DNA of 64,000 nucleotides from a virus: IMG/VR virus record IMGVR_UViG_3300042399_001709, positions 16,784 to 80,783 of that record; one strand, 5' to 3'. Shown piece by piece: positions 10,801 to 18,200 of this stretch (position 1 is its first letter; each line of letters starts with the position of its first letter). The notes under the pieces were generated by a model. It saw only the letters and a program-made list of their open reading frames with translations, ran no database searches and was not told where the DNA came from. The position numbers and the translations under genes were made by a program.

Positions 10801-13800
10801 TCCACTTGGCGGCATTGGTCGAATCTACGGCGGACCAAATGGCGAGTTCACTGGCTATAACAGGGGCACAACGACTCCGTTTGAGGAAGATGACGCCTTT
10901 GCCGTAGTCAAGCGCCCAAGCTGGTGGGACCGATTTAAGAACGATATTGGCGTTCGGAAGATTGCCCCATTCAATTGGGAGGGTCCTGGAAATATTAAAA
11001 CATGGTCGCCGAAGAGCGGCTTTGTTCCGGGCATAAAGGTTGAAGGCCCTGATGGAAAGATAAAACTTAAGCCTGGCAACGCTATAAGTAAGAGCGCCGC
11101 AAACGTTATGGCCCAGGCGTTTAGGGGTACCGCCATCCTCAGTACAGGCATGAGTTTCTTTGACATTTTGGGCGCTAGCGAGCGCGGAGAGTCTCCAGCT
11201 CGTGCCTGGGTGCGCAATATTGCCATGAATGTTGGCGCACTTGCCATGGCAGTTCCAAATGTTGCAGGAGTAGTAGCCAGCGGCGGAATGGCAACCGCAG
11301 GAATGTTTGCTGCAAATGCGGCGGTTGCCACTGCCCTAGACGCGATTTCTGGCAGTGTCTATGACCTCCTCTTTGGCAACGTCTGGGATGGAAAGCAAAC
11401 ACAGCAGTCTATTGATATGGGCCAAGAGAGGTCTTTGGGCTTCTTTGGCGACATCTTTAATTACAATAAGGGCTTCAACCCTGCTCCGAAGCCAAGTCTA
11501 ACACCAGGAAACGAGCTTCTGAATTTGCCAAGCCCAACCGCAATGCCAAAGATTCGCTTTGGTGGCGGTCGAGCTGATGGCGGACCGGTTGACGTTGGCC
11601 GTGGTTACGACGGTAGGATCACGTACCTTGAGGAATATACCGACCCGGCCACTAGATTTATCCATCAGGTTCTTCAGGGCGGCCAAAGCAACAGCAACCT
11701 AGCTCGTTTTGACTTTATTGAAACTTTAAGCGCGCTTTATGGGGCTGGCTTGAAAACCATTATGCCTGGGCCAGATCTTGCTGACGCGTTGGCCAGGCTT
11801 GCTGGCTCTGGAAAACTTCCAGGGCCGCTTGCGGCATTTGCAAGCGACATGTTTGGGCTGTCTCAGCTTTCTAACGTCACAGCAAAAATGGGCTTGCGAG
11901 ATACCTACGAGCTTGACCCTGGCCTTGATATTGTCAAGCGTGGAATCTGGGGCCGGGGAAGCAGGCCGTTGTCCACTAGCGTTGTGCGCTCGGTTGCTGG
12001 TGGCCTTGCAGGTGATTATGAGCACCTAGGGGGCATCCTAAGCCAACAACGCGGAAACTCATCTGGAGATGCAACAGGCTTGATGAGCATGGGCGGGGCA
12101 GGGGCTCCTATCTCCCTGGTCACCCGGGCTGGGTATAAGCCGCCCAATGTCACCACTTCATTCAATGACTTCCTGTCCGGCGATTATCACTTCCCATACT
12201 TTGCAACTGATCCGGATTCATTCCCCGACGGAAAGCGCGGCCTAAGCCTTTCCGGAACGCTTCCACAGGGCGGAGCGGGGGCAAGCAGGCTTTCAGAGTT
12301 CCAAATTCCTGGCGGCATTCCAATTGATCAGATTGAGGCAATTTTTGGCCTAAACACCATGGTCGAAGAAGAGACTGTCCTCAGCAAACCAATTGGCAGG
12401 GAGACAACAGGTATCTTCCGCCGACCAATGAATGACGCCGAGTTTAAGGCTCGAGCAGCCTTGCTTGCCGAAATGGGCTTTACTGACCTTGGAAATCACG
12501 CTGTTGCTACCGACGTCCTTAACCAACAAATTGCCGAGTGGAGAAGCTCAACCAGCGCAGATGCAGTTGACCCGGAGACCCTTGCAAAAGCAAAAGCGGA
12601 GCTTATTCGCCAGAAAGAAATGGGCCGAATCATTGGCACAGAAGATGGCTCAGTAAACCGACACGCGCAAGCAAACTCCCTCCTCCGCGCAGGGGTGTTC
12701 ACAAGCATTGACGAGGCCGCGCTCTACGCTGCCACCGCTGATCAGCACTTTAAGAGGGTAGCCGCTAGAAAGGTTGATGCCGAGGCCCAGCGAAGAAGTG
12801 CTGCCAGAACAGTTCCGAGGAACCTCTCATTTGACGAGAAGCTTGCACAAATCCGCGAACAACTCCTCTTTACGCAGCCAGAACTCTTCCCTGAACTTGG
12901 GCCCGTAGACGCCCCAGCGCTCAAAATGCTACTGGATGATGCGCCGGCAATTCCAAAGGCTGTGGGTGAGCAGCTTGACCTTTTCAAATTAAAGTCGGGT
13001 AGCGGATTTGACGTGGAGGATATTGAAGGGGGTCGACGTGATTCTGTTCGGATGAGGCCGGGCGAAGGTTTGCGTGGCCGCCCAGTTCGAACCGGAACAA
13101 TCTTAAGGCAACCATCAACATTCCTTGGAAAGATTTTACACAATCTAGGAGTTTTTGGTAACGCAGGCAGTACAGAGGTTGAGAACCTTGGAGCCGGCCC
13201 AAGGCGCGTGGCAATGGGCAAAGATTTCCCTGGATACCTAGCAGATACTATTAGTTTTGACTGGGGAGATCTGCGAATACCACATGATTATATGGATTAT
13301 GCAGACATGGGCTCCATTGATGCAATATCCAGCTCTGCTCGTCTAGCGTTGGCCGCCGCACCATTTGGCATGTTTGACCCTTCTGATCCAAGCAAGCGCC
13401 TACTGATTGATATCGTAGATCAAATCGGTGGAGAACCTTTTGCGGGAAGGGTTACCCGCTCAGATAGCAATTATGTACAGTTGCGTAGGAGCGATCTAAA
13501 AGGCGGCGCGCCGGAAACACTTATTCATGAGATTGGTCATCTTATGCATAATAAAGCATTTGGCCCTCTTAAAGTCCTACGCTCTCTTGTTGATCCCGAA
13601 GCTCGTAACCTTTTTTCTTCAAAATATAAAAAAGTGCTGGGCATTTATGAACATAAGAAAAATCCAGATTACGATGATCAGGGAAGGCCAAGGCATCACC
13701 CGGATTATAATCCTAAGCCATACACGATTAAAGACACATTGTTTGGTCATGTAAGTGCCCTAAAATACGCTTTCTATGAAACTCAAAACCATTTGCAGAA

Positions 13801-15235
13801 TGCGCAACTTATTCGAGCCTACGAACGCGCCTTTATCGCTCAGGGATTAAACCCGATCCAAGCTCGAGTTGAGGCTACAAGTCTGGCGCTTAACCATGGC
13901 TTGGGGCAGAACTCCAAGGGATATCAGTACACCATGCCGAGGGATTTCCCGCGCCCAACCACGTATTCCGGGACAAACATCCACGAACATTTTGCTGAAA
14001 TTTTCATGGGACACACCATGGAATCTTTGCCAGATGATATGTTCACGTTCCGAAACCCATTAAGTCAAAACCTTTCCGGAAGGAGTCAAACACATGACTT
14101 CCGAACCTTTTCACCCGAGGACCAGGCGAAGCAAGGCGTACTGCAATCTGCTGGGCAAATGCTTGACCTTGAATACACGAGGGGTGTAGCCGACATAGCA
14201 TCTGGTGCACTGCCCGACCCAAATGGGTTTTTGGAACGCGCTCTTGCAGCCAGATCTCAATACCCAAGAGAATTGGCAAGGGAATATGGTTTTAGGGCAA
14301 TTGCAGACCCTGGTGCGGTTGCTGCGGGGCTTATGCCGGAGCTATACACCCCTAAATCTCGTAGAGTCCCAGTACCGTTTACTGGCGGCAACCTGAGCCT
14401 TAAGGGGATGCAGGCCTGGACCCCAGAACAGGGAGGGTTTAAAGGCGGGGCCGCAAAGGCAGATAGTTTTGTCAGTACCAAAAAGGGTAACTTCCTCTCG
14501 GGATTCCTTGCAGATGTTGCCATGATGGCCGTTAGTGGTAACTTTGAGAATTTTGGTCAACTCATTCCATCTCTAGGGTTTAACCTCCTTAGCATCCTTC
14601 CAAAGATTGGCGGACCGGCAGCCATGATTGCAGGGCTTCTGACGACGGGGGCTACCGGCGGCGATATGGGGCGAGCAGTGGCCGGAACCGTCGGCTCGCT
14701 GGTTGGCGGCCTCCTTGGCAATTTGATTCCAATCCCATTTATTGGCGGCATGATCGGCAGCATCCTTGGCGGAATGCTTGGCGACTGGATTTACACTAGC
14801 TTCATCAACCCAGAATCCGCAAAGCAGGGAACCCAAATGATCCAGGCCGGTGGTGGAGCGGTGTACAACGTTGGCCCAAATGCCCCGTTCCCATTTGACG
14901 GACCATCAAATGTCCCATTCTCTGGTGAGCCTACCCGCAAGATTGGTGGGCGTGCCTTTGGTGGTGCCGTTCGGCCTAACGTAGGGTATATGGTCGGAGA
15001 GCGCGGCCCAGAGCTTCTGGTTCCAGGCGGCCTTGGCGGCAGCATTATCCCAAACCACAAGATGCGTGGGCCACAGGGTGTTACCCCCGTGGGCGGCGGC
15101 CAGACCGTCAACGCATCTGTAGTAATCAACAACCCAAGCGTCTCTAACGCCGGAGATATTGATAAACTAGCCAAGAAGGTAGCAGAGGCGCAAACGCGCG
15201 CTCTGCGCTCAGCTGGATATGCAAGGCCCTCATAA
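1841..15235 (+). CDS. giant tape measure protein with accessory domains (HicA-like, ddrB-like ParB, two HExxH zincins, possible ART)
   Basis: Follows the chaperones; N-terminal VGISLDSAAFQDGV; tape-measure domain LKDFANVTNF...IGDAVAALG...YALGQMNSAGRV...QLANAGI; RAxGG...YMVGERGPE motifs; HEIAH and HEIGH. Confidence 0.9.
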   Translation: MAEIDNVARVGISLDSAAFQDGVARTLRDIDRLLSGLKALQSANKQISLASGGLLGSGSKSPVAGFAKDITRTAIPALRDMERNAIRVGGAVRRSMEEMSRLAAASERVQRQAQRVSSPSSSGIVQDARIRRGQEASLRALMAKAERQGFRIEKTNGGHFAAYPPDKSKQIVFFPSTGGDRRNVQNIRSQLRRSGYVDDVESDRPARAPKRAATPTPVPTQSFVDPRSTSGKIEARYVVRALEELVTSRSSEYPQYLQPRARGGAGRAESVASRQLIEEISGRFDPTQIFFKGPNLAEGIVATVRSEAAKAALVLSGNARTLGMQQLASTPAGQKQINKAVAEFITANPEALGGTAGVARALKEALKIKESGRTPVITRELVTSLEGLGPREGARLGHMLNTGTGMTEAETAQAIARTIARIPGGFERGNVGATIRKGGPAVEELKKLVLAELPTSEIRAKYQTKKGETSSPAINTLMERVLLSTAFGNNAATESMIGKILEGERGGIPAPLLRELHKAVGPQLQLRGRIGAGEIPAGMDPIYNALPEAIELINAAQAVAGGAKRMGKVAGNLAEARKLISAQTAAFGEPSAQGVELASSILAAGRGLPAFFAGLSTYGGRATSATQGGMGLDPSAITADPRVALQIAQEAAATMLAGLKSGSSKGAKGVERLIQEAVEGAIQASAARDPGYLGSAPPASSGGGGSGGGKKPPRSSRGNMEDPPEEEPEEPIAMRRPESSRAYRLNERAVGTARGSAKARAGGYLPYEESSPARQAQLNTNLTRGYLKLTEGLIRVSEQGSHPLGATHIEGMLKELNNAYSLMGSRGLQVPELSQHMAIVSSVLKKLGIDPETVPNSVSGAAIPGSAAVTTAATTAATTAATTAATTAATTSATSAATTAANQVATATAATTAAAIVAKTPAMQRFERLMLGRSVAIGPRTANTKFMTEAVEGVLPGITEAFKPFLEKNFASQILQHFKASFRGLPGESEGLQGQTSTGASSGFLEIGNLNRGSGAILRTAIHEIAHGAFERMREGGYQTPATTMHYGPKGEKLGEKSPATILAAEGGRGISHADPMFYQLQAEISKRTGGLLANLAFHQYAQSRPQGFNTPGLGVGIAAAQLTPHLQELAFKTKPSLVSASTLFTEFATKIHETAAKVQGGGAPIQELLAQVSAGIGELGKSSKMFPKTSFLEIASILSETIRSYGEGGIRSGAAKQFQGLNMPFEQALQRAFIQATGSLLKPGSELRGITGISNRTPEMMAAFMANASEAEKQAVAMAINPEAFEKIIKGQKPGVAADDPGVQQQLNELTKTILQATVSQINAEIAQSGALVQKGSLVGMPLPITRRGGFLPAGAYPNESGPQFRLPGGEPVYNIPPGGSLVPLSGQPIDFVERARQEAEARAARMRTASAYGRSIFERFIPGVGQYREAQIEYGGQALRSAETKQQAVAEFQNNAKAAEAARAANSRLNLVIQDGRVQFGQLANVLTQANTGLTQSVTGVLSLGLSFAIGQQAIFAFAGGIQHLMGGIIGFNAMLESAGVGFNTLFKNAGRSVREAQRETESTIQTLKDFANVTNFRFGDLEVAAVRMQAFGFEVDSVKAKAQGQMPILEAFTNPYSTNGLKEFRGALVNIGDAVAALGAEDDKLRRVTYALGQMNSAGRVYQNDMMQLANAGIAGYEILANALLAELERTGQTASATYKKLLNPQSAIEEIRRLARIGALSGPGGVQAILQGLEAKYGGGMKAFSRTFQGAMTTVADTSQSLVATAFNPLFSVMRDLLAGTKAQEFNDGLATFLQGEEAIKASQLFARSVKTVAEAIRSGLPEGLSVAGGFMDAVLKTLGGIGGAVTASGGPLNAFITSSVSGFKAMAEILSNDVIRKLGASIIVARALFGFISSNPLVATLGASTALVGFLANAYENNQYGVRSAFDRAAPGILSSADSIANSVIPGVSSAAAASIGTLAATIASALSTAMPVIDGILALFAGIMKVIEPLAPLFGVLFAGFVGGKLLVDGLALAMTKFASATARSAEKMEKLKISMFAFKALGAVESYGLERLVPIQRQDQDGNLVASGFGVDDTPGKTITSPALVRAIAFIEALGASKGGREFIAPSGGVDSVLNTGVDIDYAAQRLAELKKYSIDDPKGYNDFLDSVGASERAQIEQALAAGLESVTNRVRGFGERLSAASGKLAKLGIIIDAVKSRMGMLGGILSGLGMFGSIASNLLGLDESISTVFNNMMMVGIAIESLHGAFIALTAATNAQIAALTFGIAGAVMALAFLTGELSKAAQAAFNSNPINTRAKVVTDTRTRLEGQVGKDKAKEMFPELYAEERGVLDDLETWFRRTVALMGANADPQGAAARYDTQLNRELVADNDPSRAQQWLRDNPAWSMSTTGIMGQLEQVQQDKIKQMLREGFSPDEVAKTMNLDQAYVEELYAKWYGAGDAEATKYISLLTKALDATGELLQQAQEAMQKAMEAFQTPLNRLMSRAQVAIQALFEEEKKQLENERMNALANVEVLYNGEMIRLGVLEQQYEALQEQAKQMEKLQQLEESRTKASEAALDMFDASVDPLERARAARDAARELFKDEQRARLDSMGAAIQSGKTSSAYVGTTQFYDEKARALELDQAERSRVMQERIDDLLKKIQEGKISKSKASTELKDIFGDVGLDLEVASAQGYSFMESFSSGFMAALQANINSTFAALPKAITAALNVLSQSAAYKKAQDALNAIMNPDSETRTIKGQTMVDLLKARISDAKNLQTKLREYYALVKPEVGGNDPERVKRFNQIGQFLAQLERMQNVYTPGGKYTSGQYDDLNTGFMEQFQTLLQMVMAGLSGYNPDRNRAMGGSLSSATSYMVGERGPEMLTMFQRGGGYVTPNHKLPPALKSSAGALRAGTYGRAVGGYVGWGKGIMPQDSTGDPTPGPTPEPSWEPTPTPTPTPTPTGTPSPTPTPTPGPTPTTGGDPWGLFPFNFRMYTKWINSVIPLGGIGRIYGGPNGEFTGYNRGTTTPFEEDDAFAVVKRPSWWDRFKNDIGVRKIAPFNWEGPGNIKTWSPKSGFVPGIKVEGPDGKIKLKPGNAISKSAANVMAQAFRGTAILSTGMSFFDILGASERGESPARAWVRNIAMNVGALAMAVPNVAGVVASGGMATAGMFAANAAVATALDAISGSVYDLLFGNVWDGKQTQQSIDMGQERSLGFFGDIFNYNKGFNPAPKPSLTPGNELLNLPSPTAMPKIRFGGGRADGGPVDVGRGYDGRITYLEEYTDPATRFIHQVLQGGQSNSNLARFDFIETLSALYGAGLKTIMPGPDLADALARLAGSGKLPGPLAAFASDMFGLSQLSNVTAKMGLRDTYELDPGLDIVKRGIWGRGSRPLSTSVVRSVAGGLAGDYEHLGGILSQQRGNSSGDATGLMSMGGAGAPISLVTRAGYKPPNVTTSFNDFLSGDYHFPYFATDPDSFPDGKRGLSLSGTLPQGGAGASRLSEFQIPGGIPIDQIEAIFGLNTMVEEETVLSKPIGRETTGIFRRPMNDAEFKARAALLAEMGFTDLGNHAVATDVLNQQIAEWRSSTSADAVDPETLAKAKAELIRQKEMGRIIGTEDGSVNRHAQANSLLRAGVFTSIDEAALYAATADQHFKRVAARKVDAEAQRRSAARTVPRNLSFDEKLAQIREQLLFTQPELFPELGPVDAPALKMLLDDAPAIPKAVGEQLDLFKLKSGSGFDVEDIEGGRRDSVRMRPGEGLRGRPVRTGTILRQPSTFLGKILHNLGVFGNAGSTEVENLGAGPRRVAMGKDFPGYLADTISFDWGDLRIPHDYMDYADMGSIDAISSSARLALAAAPFGMFDPSDPSKRLLIDIVDQIGGEPFAGRVTRSDSNYVQLRRSDLKGGAPETLIHEIGHLMHNKAFGPLKVLRSLVDPEARNLFSSKYKKVLGIYEHKKNPDYDDQGRPRHHPDYNPKPYTIKDTLFGHVSALKYAFYETQNHLQNAQLIRAYERAFIAQGLNPIQARVEATSLALNHGLGQNSKGYQYTMPRDFPRPTTYSGTNIHEHFAEIFMGHTMESLPDDMFTFRNPLSQNLSGRSQTHDFRTFSPEDQAKQGVLQSAGQMLDLEYTRGVADIASGALPDPNGFLERALAARSQYPRELAREYGFRAIADPGAVAAGLMPELYTPKSRRVPVPFTGGNLSLKGMQAWTPEQGGFKGGAAKADSFVSTKKGNFLSGFLADVAMMAVSGNFENFGQLIPSLGFNLLSILPKIGGPAAMIAGLLTTGATGGDMGRAVAGTVGSLVGGLLGNLIPIPFIGGMIGSILGGMLGDWIYTSFINPESAKQGTQMIQAGGGAVYNVGPNAPFPFDGPSNVPFSGEPTRKIGGRAFGGAVRPNVGYMVGERGPELLVPGGLGGSIIPNHKMRGPQGVTPVGGGQTVNASVVINNPSVSNAGDIDKLAKKVAEAQTRALRSAGYARPS
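4448..4581 (+). repeat. 12-bp tandem repeat (ACAACGGCGGCC-like) encoding a (TTAA)n linker in the TMP
   Basis: Tandem units visible directly; they translate to TTAATTAATTAA... Confidence 0.85.
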
Positions 15236-15238
15236 ATC

Positions 15239-18200
15239 ATGAACTACACTGGAACGATAACGGTAAAGATCAAGCCCAAGCTCCTAAACCATACCCCTGT
15301 GGGCGATGGTTTCTTTGACATTACCCGGCGCATCAGTTTCTCGGAAGGCGGGGCGGATAGCTCCTTTACCTTCACCGAGAGCTCAGACGGCTCTTTGGGC
15401 GAGGCCAAATTCGACATGTTTACCATGTTCCCACTCTCGATTACCGACTGGTCCAGCTACTCCGGGGCAACAGTAGATGACAAGGTGCAAAATGCCCTAA
15501 ACGACCACACCTTCGACTTTGAGATCCCGCCTCGGACAGAGATTCAAGTCTACGAAGACGCCACCCTGCTCTTTGGCGGGGTAGTGATGGAGGTTGCTAG
15601 GGTTCGAGCGGGCGGCACTATTACGACCAACGTCACCTGCTCCGACTATACCGCCCTTCTTGACGAGATTGTTATTGACCGGTACAAAGCTCCATTTGAG
15701 ACATATGACTACCAGCTTATCCGTGGCGGATACGAAACAAGCGCCGACAAAAACGGCGTGAAGATCACAAAGATCATCAACGGAAGCAGCGGTGGCGGCA
15801 GCCCAACCAGAGTAATTACCGTAACGCTTGAGGACGCTCATGACCTTATGGTCGGCCAGAAGGTCAACATTGATCAAACAAGCAATTATAACGGCACGTG
15901 GACAGTTGCCTCCATTCTTTCACTTATTGGCTATACCGCAACAAATTCTTCTACCTATGCCGGCCCGGTTTCTGTAACGAACGCGGCAAGAGCTGGCAGC
16001 ACAGCAACCATTACAGTTGGCACACACGCATTTATTGTCGGCGATACAGTTCAGGTTGCTCTTGCAACTGGCCCTACCGGCTATGCGGCCCTCAACGGCA
16101 CGTACAAGATTACCAGCGTTGTAGCGAACACCTCTATTACCTACACAACCACAACCTCTGGCACGGTTACCTCTGGAGCAGCTACCGGAACGGTTCAAAT
16201 TCCCGATGAGAAGTCCGGCCGGAGTACGCCTTGGACTATCTCCTTCTTTGAAGACGTCAACAAGACAGATCCTTATTCTGGGGTTTCAATTGCGCATGGC
16301 ATTAACTATGACAGCCCAACAAGCACTACCGGATACGTGGTTACCGAAGGCAGCGATTGGCGCTTTAGCCCAATCAATTATGTTCCGGATGCCCAGTTCC
16401 CAGAAAAGCTAGGGGCAAAGATCTTCCTTCCATTGTCCGAGGGAAAGTCAGACATCACCAGGGCAGCTGCCGACCCAAGGTCGCTTGACTCAGACGAACG
16501 CCTGCGCCTCTATCGACTTGACAATGAAATTAAAGAGATGTACGTCCTTACAAGCATTGGCGCGTATGACGCGGCGTCAAATTACCTAGATATTACAACA
16601 ATCTCTGATCACAATTTTGAGTCGGGGCAGATTCTTGCTCTTGGAAATGTTGACTATAGCCGAGTGGGGGACTACTCTGCTGGCTTCCGAGCAAACAAAC
16701 AATCTGAAACCGTTTTGCGTATTGAGACAAATGTTGACCCGGGCCTTTCGCTGCGGTCGGCAGCAATAACCGGAGCCACGTCTGACGGTACTTTTGCAAC
16801 GTATACTTGCAACAATACGTTTCTTATTGGCGACCCGATTGCCGTTAGCGGAATTACAGAGTCGGGGGGAACCACGGGATCTTTTAACGTAAGCTTTACA
16901 ATTATTGAAGATTCGACGCCAACAACATTTAAGGTTCGTAACTCCACTGACAGAACATACACTAGCGGCGGGACGGCATACGCGTCGTTTGTGGCCTTGA
17001 ATCGCGTGCAATCCGTTGGGGCGTTTGAAAAACGCTTAAAGCTTATTTCCGGCCAGCGATTAGACACAATTACAACACTTTATTACGATAGTGCAACTTC
17101 CTATTTTAATGTTGGCGATGTGATTCATGTAAACGGATCAACTACCTATGATGGAAGATTTACCGTCACGGAGGTTGGCTCTGCTCCTGGAAACTCTGGC
17201 GTTCCTATTCGCATTGGGGCGATTACTCGAACAAACAATGTTGCGCAGGTCTTGCTAACGGATAAAGCCTTGTCAATTTCAAGAGACGCGTCGGCTCATG
17301 CTTTTGACCGTGGAGAGGTAGTCGATGTTACGCTTCCATCGCCGTACACAAGCTTTTCTGGCACTGCAAAAATTATTACTGGCGTAGGGGCCCCGGGCAG
17401 CAACCTAACCGCTTCTAATATTTATTATGCAAGTACCGGCTCAAATCAAAAATACACAAATCTTACCAAGGCGCAAAAACTAGCATCCTCTATCACATTT
17501 GCAGAAAAGACATTGTCGTATGTTAAATTTATTGACAATAGAGCAGACACGGCAAATTCTCCTATAAGCGTTTCTGCGGGGGCCTATATTTCAATTCCTT
17601 ATCACTCGTGGGATGCAGTTTCTGGCGGGTCTAGAACCGCCGCAACGCCAAGCACAAGCTTCATTACTATGCCAAACGACTCTATCGACTACATGGGAGG
17701 CAGGCAAAGTGTTGACTTTGAAGCGTCAGAATTCCAGGGCATTGGGACATCAAAGTACGCTGAAATTGCCTATGTTTCTCGCGCTTCAAATGTTGTAACG
17801 ATTCGAACAAAAGCGCCTCATGCGTTTATTGAGGGAGAGACCGTTACCGTAGCCGCGTCTGCCCCGTATACAAGTCTTAATGGGTCGTACGCAATTTCAG
17901 ATGCAACTGCGGGAACCTTTACCTTTTCTCTTGCCGGATCAAACATTACCGAAGCTGCTGCAACCGGCTCTGCAACATCAGTTGGGACAGGATTCTACGC
18001 AGCAGGCAGAAAGATGAGCTGTATCTGCGTCGTTAAACTAGAATCTCTTCCATCATCTGGCGAGTATCGAACCGTCTGGCATCACGGGTCAATTACAACC
18101 GGCCAACGCCGAGAGCTGCAAATTAACGACGCTGGGGCTATTTGCTTCATGACCATCAATAACGCAGGATCGACTCAGCGATTTACAACTACGCTGTTGC

